A DNA stretch of 64,000 bases from Acinetobacter phage Acba_11, in sequence record OQ101254.1. One strand, written 5' to 3'. Position numbers and translations under genes: made by a program. This document shows, one piece after another, positions 26,105 to 35,680 of the stretch. Position 1 is the stretch's first letter. Each line of letters starts with the position of its first letter. Under the pieces are notes generated by a model that was not told the origin of the DNA, did no database searches, and saw only the letters and a list, made by a program, of their open reading frames with translations.

Positions 26105-27208
26105 ATGGCAACAGATATCAAAAAACTATTTGAAGTACTCACTCAGCACCAGGCCTATCTTTATCGTGCTTCATCAAAAACGGTAAATGAGTTATTGGCT
26201 TTATTCAATGATGATACGAGCAAGATGCTATCTAAGCTTCGGGATTTATTGGATGAGCTTAATGAGTCGGAGAAAGTTGCTTTAGCTGGTGGTAAATATA
26301 CAACTTCAAATTTAAGGGAAATTAGGGATTTGATTGCCCAATGGTTTGCCAGTGTTAATTTAGCATTACCTGAAGCTTTTGCCGTTTCTGCTACGGCGCT
26401 GGCTGTTTATGAGGCCAATTACGTATCTAAGCTCTATGGAGCAAAAATTAATAAGTCTGATGGGGAAAAACTATTCTTATCCGCTAAAAAAGTTCCGTTG
26501 GCAGGTGGCGCTCTTGTCGATGATCTGCTTTCAAGAATTGCTGAAAGTGCCCGTCAAAAGGTTGAGTATGCAATTCGAGATGGTATTAATTCAGGCAAAA
26601 CTAACCAAGAAATTGTTCAGCGTATTCGTGGTACCAAACGGCTTAACTATGAAGATGGGATCTTAAATGGTACCAAAACTGATATTGAGCGAACGGTAAG
26701 AACTGTGCGAAGTCATGTAGCTAATCAAGCCTATCTAAATAGCTTCAACCAAATTGGCTTTGAATATGTCCGATTTGTGAGTGTTCTTGATGGACGAACT
26801 TCTAAGCTTTGCGCTTCATTAGATGGTTCAGTGTGGGAAATAAATGATCCGGCAAAGCGAGTGCCGCCGTTACATCCTAACTGTCGCAGTATCTTGGTTC
26901 CGGTCGAGAAGGACGGTCAACTTGTTGGCGAACGGCCATTTGTAATGGACGAACGTAGAGTTAAAGACATCCCCAAAGAAGAGCGAAGCCAGTTAATAGG
27001 ACAGTTAGATGCAAACACCACATTCAAAGAGTTCTTTAAGAAAACAGATGATTTCTTTCAAAGGGAGTGGCTAGGGCCAAAGCGCTTTAAGCTCTATAAA
27101 GATGGGAAATTTGATTTTGATAAGTTCTTTGATCCTGAAGGCCGTTTCTATAGCTTAGATGATTTGAGAAAGTTGGATGAAAAAGCTTTTAAAAAGTTGG
27201 GTCTGTAA
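26105..27208 (+). CDS. Head morphogenesis protein (Mu gpF / SPP1 gp7 family), module B
   Basis: 367 aa, HPNCRS motif. Confidence 0.75.
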   Translation: MATDIKKLFEVLTQHQAYLYRASSKTVNELLALFNDDTSKMLSKLRDLLDELNESEKVALAGGKYTTSNLREIRDLIAQWFASVNLALPEAFAVSATALAVYEANYVSKLYGAKINKSDGEKLFLSAKKVPLAGGALVDDLLSRIAESARQKVEYAIRDGINSGKTNQEIVQRIRGTKRLNYEDGILNGTKTDIERTVRTVRSHVANQAYLNSFNQIGFEYVRFVSVLDGRTSKLCASLDGSVWEINDPAKRVPPLHPNCRSILVPVEKDGQLVGERPFVMDERRVKDIPKEERSQLIGQLDANTTFKEFFKKTDDFFQREWLGPKRFKLYKDGKFDFDKFFDPEGRFYSLDDLRKLDEKAFKKLGL

Positions 27209-27252
27209 TTTTTCTTATGTTATATTTTTTAAAACATCAGAATTTATACAAT

Positions 27253-27645
27253 ATGAAAACAATAGCTTTTGTATGTCTAACCCTAATTTCCATCACTTGT
27301 TTAGCTGAACCAAGTCAAAAATATCTTAAAGAATATGATCGATTGTCTGAAGCTTTGGAGTCAGCAATGGCAAATGCATATTCTTTTGATCCTGCAACTG
27401 GTCAAGTAAAACAGGCTACTCAAGGTTTAGAAGCTAAAAATAATTTATGTAGAGCTGCCCAGGCGAAACTAAACCTCACCACGTTTTTAAAAGACAATTT
27501 AGAGGAATCTAAAGAGCTTTATAAATCTATTGATGGTGCAGAGACTCTAGATAAAAATTATCTTAGTGGAAAACAGCAGGAACAACAAAATCTCGTTTCA
27601 AATTTGAAAAAAGACCTTGTTGGAACTGGATTTAACTGTGAGTAA
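27253..27645 (+). CDS. Secreted/periplasmic protein with signal peptide (moron, module B only)
   Basis: MKTIAFVCLTLISITCLAEPSQ signal peptide, two Cys in the mature part, AT-rich flanks. No counterpart in module A. Confidence 0.5.
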   Translation: MKTIAFVCLTLISITCLAEPSQKYLKEYDRLSEALESAMANAYSFDPATGQVKQATQGLEAKNNLCRAAQAKLNLTTFLKDNLEESKELYKSIDGAETLDKNYLSGKQQEQQNLVSNLKKDLVGTGFNCE

Positions 27646-27743
27646 TTATTGCCGATTACAGGTAATTCTAAACTCACTTAAGACACAATTTTCACCTATA
27701 TAAGCGCCCAAATGGCGCTTTTGTCATTTATGGAGTTTGGCTT

Positions 27744-27986
27744 ATGAGTGAATCAAAAGTTAGACATTTGGTACTTAAAAGAGTTTCAGATAAATCTTCT
27801 CATCTTGCTCTTTGTGACGAGGAAACAGGTATTCCATTAGCTGGATTAACCGCTGTAAAAATGAATTGTAGTGTTTTTGAGGGTCCAGCGACTATCACGG
27901 CAACATTTGATGTAGGTGGTCCTCAAGGCATCCGCTTAGTTGGTGATGAACCTAGACAAAAGGTTTGGAGTGCAAAGGAAACGTAG
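27744..27986 (+). CDS. Hypothetical protein (module B only)
   Basis: ORF preceded by hairpin at about 27700-27722. Confidence 0.35.
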   Translation: MSESKVRHLVLKRVSDKSSHLALCDEETGIPLAGLTAVKMNCSVFEGPATITATFDVGGPQGIRLVGDEPRQKVWSAKET

Positions 27987-28203
27987 CGAAAGGCACTACA
28001 AATGCCTGAAAAGCAAATCAATATGTCAGATGCTCAATATATTCTGAGCACAAAATGAATTCTGGTGCCATTTCTTCAAATTAAGGTTTCAAGCCATGGC
28101 AATTTATGGTTTTACTTTTGAAAGATTAAAATCAATCGCACTCATCAAATAGAACTTAATTTTTAACCATAGCACCTTCGGGTGCTTTTTTTGCGAGAAG
28201 AAA

Positions 28204-28395
28204 ATGCCAAGCCCTATTATCCAATATTTCCAATATGAACATTTACCTGAACATTTGCAGCAAGTTAGTAAGCCAATTGGTGATTTAGCTCGGCAAATGG
28301 ATGAGCAACTTCCTGACGGGCCTGAAAAATCCACAGGATTAAGAAAGCTACTTGAAGCAAAAGATGCATTTGTACGCCAAGCTTTAAGTAAATAA
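28204..28395 (+). CDS. Hypothetical 63-aa protein (module B only)
   Basis: ORF between two terminators (28172-28192 and 28413-28434). Confidence 0.35.
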   Translation: MPSPIIQYFQYEHLPEHLQQVSKPIGDLARQMDEQLPDGPEKSTGLRKLLEAKDAFVRQALSK

Positions 28396-28439
28396 TCATT
28401 TATAGAAATGAAGCGTCCTAAAGGGCGCTTTTTTATTGC

Positions 28440-28508
28440 CTGCCGAAAGCGGATGCTAACGGCGAATCCGGGCGGATGCCCATTTTGTATATATAGGTTG
28501 GATGACCA
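28440..28508 (+). promoter_or_regulatory. Conserved GC-rich element upstream of the scaffold gene (module B copy)
   Basis: TGCCGAAAGCGGATGCTAACGGCGAATCCGGGCGGATGCCCA, then TTTTGTATATATAGG, then ATG. GCGGATGC x2. Confidence 0.4.
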
Positions 28509-29276
28509 ATGAAACTTAAAACAGTAACAATCGACGGTAAAGTTTATGCGGAAGTAGACGGTGATAAGCCGATCTATATTCATGATGACGGCAAAGAAAT
28601 GCCACATGATGCACCACACTCGGTAGCAACAATTGCACGCTTAAACAATGAAGCTAAAACACATCGTGAAGCCAAAGAAGCAGCCGAAAAAGCATTAAAA
28701 GCTTTTGAAGGAATTGAAGACCCAGCGGCAGCTAAAAAGGCATTACAAACAATCCAAAATCTCGATGATAAAAAGCTGGTGGATGCCGGTGAAGTTGAGA
28801 AAGTTAAAGCTGAAGCTATCAAAGCAGTTGAGGAAAAATATGCCCCGATTGTTGCGCAACGTGATGCTCTAGAAGCCTCTTTACATAAAGAACTTATCGG
28901 CGGTGGTTTTGCTCGTTCTAAGTACATTCAAGACAACATTGCAGTACCTGTGGACATGGTTCAGGCAACCTTTGGTCATCACTTCAAAATCGAAGAAGGC
29001 AAGGTGGTTGCATATGATCCGAACGGCGAAAAGATTTATTCACGTGTCCGCCCGGGTGAACTTGCAAATGTTGATGAAGCTTTAGAGTCATTGGTTGGTG
29101 GATACCAGCATAAAGACTTAATTCTTAAAGGTGGTAAAGGAACTGGTGGCGGTTTTCAAGGTGGGGGCAAAGGTGGAGCGCCTGCAGGAATGAAACGCAG
29201 TGAAATGTCTGTTTCTCAGAAAGCTGACTACATCAAAGAACATTGCAATGATGCCTTCCTAAAACTGCCGAACTAA
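28509..29276 (+). CDS. Capsid scaffolding protein, module B
   Basis: Paralog of 16083..16850. Confidence 0.6.
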   Translation: MKLKTVTIDGKVYAEVDGDKPIYIHDDGKEMPHDAPHSVATIARLNNEAKTHREAKEAAEKALKAFEGIEDPAAAKKALQTIQNLDDKKLVDAGEVEKVKAEAIKAVEEKYAPIVAQRDALEASLHKELIGGGFARSKYIQDNIAVPVDMVQATFGHHFKIEEGKVVAYDPNGEKIYSRVRPGELANVDEALESLVGGYQHKDLILKGGKGTGGGFQGGGKGGAPAGMKRSEMSVSQKADYIKEHCNDAFLKLPN

Positions 29277-29303
29277 TCATTAAAAATTTGGAGATAAGTA
29301 GTT

Positions 29304-30260
29304 ATGACTACAACAGTTAATTCAGACATGATCATCTACAACCAATTGGCTCAAACTGCTTATTTAGAGCGTTTGCAAGACAATTTGAACGTATTTAACC
29401 AGGCCTCTAATGGTGCAATTGTATATCGCAATGAGATTATTGAAGGTGATTTCAATAAAGAGGCATTTTACAAAGTGGGCGGTAGCATCAAGCATCGTGA
29501 TGTGAATTCAACCGCCAAAGTAGTGCCTGAGAAGATTGGGTCTGGTGAATCTGTAGGCGTAAAAGTCCCATATAAATATGGTCCTTATGCTTCAACCGAA
29601 GAGGCATTCAAACGCCGTGCACGCACACCTGAAGAGTTTGCCATGATTCTTGGTTATGATTTAGCAGATGCATTAGTTGCAGGACGTTTACAGTACAGTT
29701 TAGCCTCCTTAAAAGCAGCTATTTCTAGCAACCCGGATATGGTTGCCAAAGGCAGTATTGCTGTAGATGGGCGTAAAGCATTAACACGTGGTATGCGTAA
29801 GTTTGGCGATAAGTTTGGACGTATTAGTTTATGGGTAATGAACTCAGATACTTATTTCGATATTGTCGATGATGCAATCACTAATCAAATTTATGGCGAA
29901 TCTGAAATCGTTATCTATGGTGGTTTACCGGGTACCTTAGGTAAGCCGGTATTGGTTACAGATGCCGTAGGTGATGATGATGCATTTGGTTTGCAAATGG
30001 GTGCAGTTACTGTTACAGAATCACAAGTACCAGGCTTCCGCGCGTATGACATCAATGATGAAGAAAACTTGGCAATCGGTATGCGTGCTGAGGGTACATT
30101 TAACCTAGATATTCTTGGTTATAGCTGGGATACATCAAAAGGTGAAAACCCTGACCTTACTTTACTTGGTTCAAGTGCCAACTGGAAAAAACATGCTACT
30201 AGCAACAAAATGACAGCAGGCACATTGCTTGATCTATCTGGCACAACAACAACTGGTTAA
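29304..30260 (+). CDS. Major capsid protein, module B
   Basis: 318-aa paralog of 16878..17834, about 95 percent identical. Confidence 0.75.
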   Translation: MTTTVNSDMIIYNQLAQTAYLERLQDNLNVFNQASNGAIVYRNEIIEGDFNKEAFYKVGGSIKHRDVNSTAKVVPEKIGSGESVGVKVPYKYGPYASTEEAFKRRARTPEEFAMILGYDLADALVAGRLQYSLASLKAAISSNPDMVAKGSIAVDGRKALTRGMRKFGDKFGRISLWVMNSDTYFDIVDDAITNQIYGESEIVIYGGLPGTLGKPVLVTDAVGDDDAFGLQMGAVTVTESQVPGFRAYDINDEENLAIGMRAEGTFNLDILGYSWDTSKGENPDLTLLGSSANWKKHATSNKMTAGTLLDLSGTTTTG

Positions 30261-30324
30261 CTCATAAACATCTCACTATAAGAGGGCTATTAAGCCCTCT
30301 TTTTACATTTAAGAGAAATGCATC

Positions 30325-30990
30325 ATGAAGCTAATTTATACACGTATTGCTGCTGCAGCTGCGTTAGAGGTTGGAACTATTGCCAATCCTGATTATTACG
30401 AACATCCGAATCGAAGTGCTGAAGAAGTAATTATTTACGGTGATTACCCGAAAATCCAAAATGATTACCAAGCTCTGGATATTCCTGTTGAAGTTCGCAA
30501 ATTGGAAGAGCCTGCAAAAACGACATTGGCCACTGTAAATGTAGCGGTTGGAATTACTCCAGAGCTGCAAGAAGTTATTGATAAAACTAAAGCTGAGTGT
30601 GAAAAGGTTGTTGAGGAAAACGGGCAACTTAAACAGAAAATCGAAATCTTGGAACAAGCTAGTGGTGATAGTTCGGAGTTAATTTCTGAAAACTCACGTT
30701 TAAAAGATGCTGTACTCCAAGCTGACAATGCTACTAAAGCGGCTGAAGAAAAGGTAGTAAGCATTCAAGCAGAGTTTGATGCTTTTAAAAATGATGTTGC
30801 TGCTATGCAAGCGCGTATTGCTGAATTGGAAGCTGGAAAAGCGGCAGAAAATTCAGCAACAGAAACGGCAGCTAATGATTTTGAAAACTGGTCAAATGAT
30901 CAATTAAAAGAGTATTTGGCTAGTAAAAACATTGGTTACAAACCGTCTGCAACAAAAGCAGAACTCCTTAAATTAATCCCGAAGGAATAA
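30325..30990 (+). CDS. Head-associated coiled-coil protein with C-terminal HeH motif, module B
   Basis: Paralog of 17900..18565. C-terminal 60 aa identical. Confidence 0.4.
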   Translation: MKLIYTRIAAAAALEVGTIANPDYYEHPNRSAEEVIIYGDYPKIQNDYQALDIPVEVRKLEEPAKTTLATVNVAVGITPELQEVIDKTKAECEKVVEENGQLKQKIEILEQASGDSSELISENSRLKDAVLQADNATKAAEEKVVSIQAEFDAFKNDVAAMQARIAELEAGKAAENSATETAANDFENWSNDQLKEYLASKNIGYKPSATKAELLKLIPKE

Positions 30991-30994
30991 TGCA

Positions 30995-31384
30995 ATGAGC
31001 TTTATTACTGTAGATGACGCAAATTCAATTTTGGGCAGCGATTTTGCACCAGACAGTGATAAAGCTCGTCTGGTAAAGCTGGCTAATGTTTGGATGAAAA
31101 AACGGATTGGTTTTGTACCAGATCCTATTGATCCACTTCTTAAAGACGCGGCTTGTGAAATTATCAAAGGAATTCTGGCCAAAGTAATTTATAACGGCAA
31201 AGACCAGCAGTTGAAACGTAAGAAAGTTAAAGCTGATTCTGTTGAGTCAGAAAAAGAATATCAGGACGGATCTGAAGCAATCTCTAGCTTTGAACAGATA
31301 GCAATTGATTTTATTGATTCACTTGAATTGAAAGATCCAAATGCAAGTTTTAATGGCTTTGGCATACCACTTTACAGGGCATGA
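30995..31384 (+). CDS. Head-tail connector/adaptor candidate, module B
   Basis: Paralog of 18570..18959. Confidence 0.45.
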   Translation: MSFITVDDANSILGSDFAPDSDKARLVKLANVWMKKRIGFVPDPIDPLLKDAACEIIKGILAKVIYNGKDQQLKRKKVKADSVESEKEYQDGSEAISSFEQIAIDFIDSLELKDPNASFNGFGIPLYRA

Positions 31385-31754
31385 TATGGGCTTACGTGAC
31401 GAAATTCAGGCAGATATTGCTGAAGCATTTAATGAGGATCTGGCGGATGCGGTCCAAACATTTACATGTGACAGGGTTGTTAGTACCAACTGGAACCCTA
31501 AAACAAACACCTCTGAAAATGTCATTGAGCATTATGAGGGGCGTGGCGTTCTGTTTGGCTCATACAATCAATATGAAATACAAACTCTCGGAGTACTGGC
31601 CACAGATAAAAAGGCAACTGTGCTGCAGAATGAAGTTACCAAAGAGCCGATGATTGATGACGAATGGAGTACGGCGCAAGGTACATATCGCATCATGCAT
31701 ATCAAACAAGATCCAATCAGTGCAAGCTGGAAATGTCAGCTTCGAAAAGTGTAG
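31341..31754 (+). CDS. Head completion protein candidate, module B
   Basis: Paralog of 18916..19329. Confidence 0.4.
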   Translation: MQVLMALAYHFTGHDMGLRDEIQADIAEAFNEDLADAVQTFTCDRVVSTNWNPKTNTSENVIEHYEGRGVLFGSYNQYEIQTLGVLATDKKATVLQNEVTKEPMIDDEWSTAQGTYRIMHIKQDPISASWKCQLRKV

Positions 31755-31762
31755 GGGCTAAA

Positions 31763-32167
31763 ATGGTTAATACCGAATATGTTCCAGAGTGGTACATCAC
31801 ACCTTTTCAGCATGTGCAATACACGCTTGCTAGAAATCAGCTTCACATGGATTTGTTATTTGAAGATATGGATGAAGCTGATCAATTTTTGGATATGGGA
31901 GCGGATGCACAGGTTAGTACTTTTTCTGATGGTGCATATGCAATCGTCCAAATTGGTGATACGGCGGATAAAGACAAAATTCAAGTATATGGATTGCTTT
32001 TACATGAAGCGGTTCACGTTTGGCAAATAGTAAAGAAGCGAATGGGTGAAAGTGAACCAAGTGTTGAGTTTGAAGCATATTCAATTCAAGCGATCGCTCA
32101 AGACCTATTTGAAATGTACGAAGCAAGCGAGGTGAGCAATGGGATGGAAGGGGAAAAAGCCGACTAG
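31763..32167 (+). CDS. Head-tail joining protein candidate, module B (ATG 31763; ORF open from 31664)
   Basis: Same length as the 19338..19742 product. Confidence 0.4.
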   Translation: MVNTEYVPEWYITPFQHVQYTLARNQLHMDLLFEDMDEADQFLDMGADAQVSTFSDGAYAIVQIGDTADKDKIQVYGLLLHEAVHVWQIVKKRMGESEPSVEFEAYSIQAIAQDLFEMYEASEVSNGMEGEKAD

Positions 32168-32507
32168 CTTTAGTGTTGATGTGGTGAAAAATGCTGAAGA
32201 ACAAGTAAAGAAAATCACGATGGATACCGTGCAATCACTTGTAGTTTCGAGTCCAGTTGATACAGGTGCTTACAGAGCTTCTCATATCGTATCTATTGGA
32301 ACTGCTGATTATGGTGTTCGTGAACCATCAACTAATCCAGTTCAAGATGCAGCAGTTCAAGCAGTCAAGTTTAAGCTTGGAAATCTGATCTTTATTCAAA
32401 ACAACAAAGCCTATGGTCCGCGATTAGAAAACGGTTGGTCTGATCAAGCACCTCTTGGTATTTACAGCACTACTTTCACTTACATTACTCAAAAATATGG
32501 TGGCTAA
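32139..32507 (+). CDS. Head-tail joining/tail completion candidate, module B
   Basis: Paralog of 19711..20082. Confidence 0.4.
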   Translation: MGWKGKKPTSFSVDVVKNAEEQVKKITMDTVQSLVVSSPVDTGAYRASHIVSIGTADYGVREPSTNPVQDAAVQAVKFKLGNLIFIQNNKAYGPRLENGWSDQAPLGIYSTTFTYITQKYGG

Positions 32508-32508
32508 G

Positions 32509-32907
32509 ATGCCAATGACATTAGAGCAAGCTAGACAAGCAATAGTCGACCGTATGATGGCCTTTACAGGAATTTCTCAAGAAAGAATCCATTATCCAAA
32601 TGCACCAGGCTTCTTAGCACCAGCAAAGGGCTTATGGTGCCGCTTAACCATTAAATGGGGTCCAAGTTTCATTGCTGGGTTAGCCGATACACCCTGTACT
32701 CGACGTACTGGGAATATCTTGATTCAATGCTTTGCAAGACCAGACACGGGAGACCAGGCAATAACCATTCTAAGTGTTGCATTACTTTCACATTTTGAAT
32801 ATTTCAGGATTGGGCATTTAGAATGCTTTCAAGGTCAAACGATAGATGCGGGTAAAGATGCTGACTTTCTGCAGTACAATGTGACGATTGGATTTACGGT
32901 GAATTGA
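32509..32907 (+). CDS. Tail completion protein candidate, module B (ATG 32509)
   Basis: Paralog of 20084..20482. Confidence 0.4.
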   Translation: MPMTLEQARQAIVDRMMAFTGISQERIHYPNAPGFLAPAKGLWCRLTIKWGPSFIAGLADTPCTRRTGNILIQCFARPDTGDQAITILSVALLSHFEYFRIGHLECFQGQTIDAGKDADFLQYNVTIGFTVN

Positions 32908-32908
32908 T

Positions 32909-33121
32909 ATGTCTTACATGCTGACGCTAGAAGAAAGTGAAATTAAAAAACAAGAGCTTGAACGACACTTGGCAGATGTAATGGCTAAGGAGCTAAGTAA
33001 ATGGCAGTTGTCTAATAAATTATGTATTTCTGATGTAAAAATTCGCCTCGCTAATGTTAATAGCATAAATGGACCAAATTTAAATATTGTTACTGGAGTA
33101 AGTGTTGATTTGGATGATTGA
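32909..33121 (+). CDS. Hypothetical 70-aa protein ending module B
   Basis: Paralog of 20484..20702. Confidence 0.4.
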   Translation: MSYMLTLEESEIKKQELERHLADVMAKELSKWQLSNKLCISDVKIRLANVNSINGPNLNIVTGVSVDLDD

Positions 33122-33141
33122 TATTAAGTTTTAAAGAAGTT

Positions 33142-33203
33142 ACCGCCTGAGGGCGGTTTTTTTACGTCCCTAATTTTATAGCCACCTTCGGGTGGCTTTT
33201 TTT
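33142..33203 (+). terminator. Tandem intrinsic terminators before the major tail gene
   Basis: ACCGCC-TGAG-GGCGGT plus T7 (about 33142-33164) and AGCCACC-TTCG-GGTGGCT plus T7 (about 33180-33203). Confidence 0.6.
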
Positions 33204-33228
33204 ATGCCTAACGTCGGAGTATATAGAT

Positions 33229-34158
33229 ATGTCGAGTGGTGCACGTCAGATAACACAAATCGCGAAGGAAACCACTGTTGGTACCACACCTTCACCCTTC
33301 GCACGTACGACCTTTGAATTTACTGAAAATGGCCTTGATGCGACAGTAACAAAGGAAGACTCTAACTCAATCACAAGTGGCCGTATTGCACGTTCATCAA
33401 TGATTACCGGTGCAGAGTATGCCGGTGAATTAAAATGTGAAGCGAAGTACAGTTCATTAGTTCAAGACTTAATGGCTGCAGCTGCTTTTAATAACTGGTC
33501 GTCAAATGTATTAACTTTTGGTGGCACACTTCGTCAAACATTTTCTGTTTTACGTGGCTTTGAAGATGTTAATGACTACCATGTTTTCCGTGGATGTCAT
33601 GTAAACACTTTTGGAATTGATATTCCTGAAGCTGGCTTAATTACAATGACTTTCGGCCTTATGGCTCTTGGTCGTACAAACTTTTCTTCAGCACCGGCTG
33701 GAACAATTACAGCGGCAGATAACAATCCTAAAATGTCGAATGTCTCTGTAGGTGACATTTTAATTGACGGCGTTTCTCAAGCTGGGATTTCATGCTTGAC
33801 CGCTTTTACATTTAATTGGGATAACACTATGCAGCTACAACGCTGTTTAGGTGGTGGTATTGATGCACGTGCAATCCTAGAAATGCTTGCAACAGGTACA
33901 GGTTCATTTACCGCAGCTTGGTCACGCAATACATCCGATATGTATGAAAAGCAATTCACTAACAAAACGATTTCATTAAAAGTTCCAATCACTGATACAG
34001 ATGGGAATAAATATGAAATTTTTATTCCTAAAGCTGAAATTACTGCCCCATTACCTAGTGGTGGTAATTCAGATCTTTTAAATGCTTCATTCGAATATAA
34101 AGTCGTAGAAGTAGCCCCAACCATCACTCGTACACCAGCAGCAGTTCCTGCGTCTTAA
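33229..34158 (+). CDS. Major tail (tube) protein
   Basis: 309 aa, first gene after the head module and immediately upstream of the G/G-T chaperone pair. No motif-level match to lambda V was confirmed. Confidence 0.6.
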   Translation: MSSGARQITQIAKETTVGTTPSPFARTTFEFTENGLDATVTKEDSNSITSGRIARSSMITGAEYAGELKCEAKYSSLVQDLMAAAAFNNWSSNVLTFGGTLRQTFSVLRGFEDVNDYHVFRGCHVNTFGIDIPEAGLITMTFGLMALGRTNFSSAPAGTITAADNNPKMSNVSVGDILIDGVSQAGISCLTAFTFNWDNTMQLQRCLGGGIDARAILEMLATGTGSFTAAWSRNTSDMYEKQFTNKTISLKVPITDTDGNKYEIFIPKAEITAPLPSGGNSDLLNASFEYKVVEVAPTITRTPAAVPAS

Positions 34159-34202
34159 TCAATCTGATAGCAGCCTTAGGGCTGCTTTTTTTGGAGTTTA
34201 AA

Positions 34203-34736
34203 ATGGCTTTAAAAGTAAGCATTCAGACTAGTAAAACAGTTAGTAAATGGCGTAAGTATATTGATGGTGAAGGGAATGTATTAGCTGAATTTAAAGTACG
34301 TGGTATCTCATATAAACCATATCAAGTGGCCCTTGAGCGTGCAAATAATCAGATTGCATCAAAAGGTTATGATGTAACTAAAGCTAGTAAAGACGACAAG
34401 CTATATCATGAATTGCTTCTTGAAGCTGCGGCCTGCCATTTAATTGAGGACTGGAAAGGCGTAGTTTTTGAAGAAGTAACCGAAAATCAAGAACTGATTG
34501 TGTCTGAACCAGAATATTCGCAGGAAAATGCAATTAAGTTGTTGAATCTAGGCGATCTTGGTGTGGCAATTTGGTTGTTTGTGAGACAAGAGGCGGAAAA
34601 TATCCAAAAAGAAGCTGATGCATATAAGGATGAAGTAGTGGGAAAGTCATTAACCTCTACAACTGGACCAAGTTCAACTCAGAAGAAGAAGCGAGCGACT
34701 ACAACAAGAAACAAACAGCAATTGCAAAAGCCTTAA
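34203..34736 (+). CDS. G: Tail assembly chaperone, lambda gpG-like (ATG 34203 with GGAG RBS)
   Basis: Position between the major tail protein and the tape measure. Contains the GGGAAAG slippery heptamer near its 3' end. Confidence 0.7.
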   Translation: MALKVSIQTSKTVSKWRKYIDGEGNVLAEFKVRGISYKPYQVALERANNQIASKGYDVTKASKDDKLYHELLLEAAACHLIEDWKGVVFEEVTENQELIVSEPEYSQENAIKLLNLGDLGVAIWLFVRQEAENIQKEADAYKDEVVGKSLTSTTGPSSTQKKKRATTTRNKQQLQKP

Positions 34737-34990
34737 ATTTAAAAATAGCTGAAACCATCCAAAAGCCTGAATACTCATTTACAGCCAATGCCATTCTTTC
34801 AGCATATAACGTAATTTCCCGTTCAAGGCGTTATGAGCAAGGCATTCCCTTGGCTTTGGATATTGCAGCTATATCTGCCTATTGTGATCATTATGAGATC
34901 CCAGTCGAAAGAGATATTTTTAACGACTGTATTTTTGCATTGGATAATTTGTTTTTGGATGAGGTGCATAAGAAAGCGAGTAAAAAATAG
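34203..34990 (+). other. GT: Predicted G-T fusion product via programmed -1 ribosomal frameshift at GGGAAAG (34640-34646)
   Basis: Frame 0 reads gtG GGA AAG (VGK). The -1 frame is closed by TGA at 34631-34633 and then open for 114 codons from 34646 to TAG at 34988-34990. No start codon is needed. Identical heptamer to lambda G-T. Confidence 0.65.
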
Positions 34991-35119
34991 AAATCTATAT
35001 TGCATTTGGCAAAAATCAAAGATAAATTGATGTCTCATACTTCTCACTCTTTGAGTAAGGGCCGCCGGTCGAATGTCGGGCTTTTTTTGTTAAGTGGTAA
35101 TTCACCTACAAAGGAAAGC

Positions 35120-35263
35120 ATGATGAAGAACCTTACTCATGCAGAACCCTATTTCATCATGCGTGAAAAAAAGGAACTGCAAAAGAGACTTTTAGATAAG
35201 AACAATGAACTATTGGAATTGATGCAAAGAGTTGAAAAATACTTGATGAGGATAGAAAAATAG
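35120..35263 (+). CDS. Hypothetical 47-aa protein (below the cut-off) in the accessory island
   Basis: ATG after the hairpin at about 35050-35085, RBS AAGGAAAG. Ends before the bidirectional terminator at 35281-35310. Confidence 0.3.
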   Translation: MMKNLTHAEPYFIMREKKELQKRLLDKNNELLELMQRVEKYLMRIEK

Positions 35264-35280
35264 AGAGTTGTCTTTCTACA

Positions 35281-35310
35281 AAAAAGCCCGCCTAATCAGC
35301 GGGTTTATTT
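35281..35310. terminator. Bidirectional intrinsic terminator (AAAAA-GCCCGC-CTAATCA-GCGGGT-TTATTT)
   Basis: Sits between convergent genes 35120..35263 (+) and 35292..35558 (-). Confidence 0.6.
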
Positions 35311-35558
35311 GTTTCTAGCTCTTCAATTCGTGCCATTAGTTTTTCAATTAAAACAGTTGCGCGATCTAAATTCTTATTGCTCATATCTATAAGCTTCATA
35401 ACTTCAGTTGGGATTTTCTCATTTATATCAAGGCTTTCTTCAAGTCTTGCAACTATTTCAGCAGTTAAAGATCTTTCATTGTCTTTAGCCTTCTCTTCTA
35501 ATAATTCTTTGAGCTTGCTAGGCATTCTAAAATTCACTTGAGAATAATCTTTAGCCAT
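35292..35558 (-). CDS. Arc/Mnt-family ribbon-helix-helix repressor (88 aa from ATG at 35558; ORF open to 35582)
   Basis: NFRMPSKLKELLEEKAKDNERSLTAEIVARLEESL matches the Arc/MetJ RHH fold. Confidence 0.65.
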   Translation of the reverse strand: MAKDYSQVNFRMPSKLKELLEEKAKDNERSLTAEIVARLEESLDINEKIPTEVMKLIDMSNKNLDRATVLIEKLMARIEELETNKPAD

Positions 35559-35582
35559 GGACCATATACCGCAAATTGACAA

Positions 35583-35680
35583 TTAACTAATCATATATAG
35601 CAAAAGTGCTTTACACAATGAAGCAAGAGTGCTATAAAGTAAAAATGCTATATAGCAAAGGTGCTTTATTGGAGGTAAAA
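35583..35680. promoter_or_regulatory. Divergent promoter/operator region between the two RHH genes
   Basis: Direct repeats TATAGCAAA(A/G)GTGCTTTA at about 35596-35613 and 35651-35668, with a related inverted copy GTGCTATAAAG at about 35628-35638. Confidence 0.5.
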
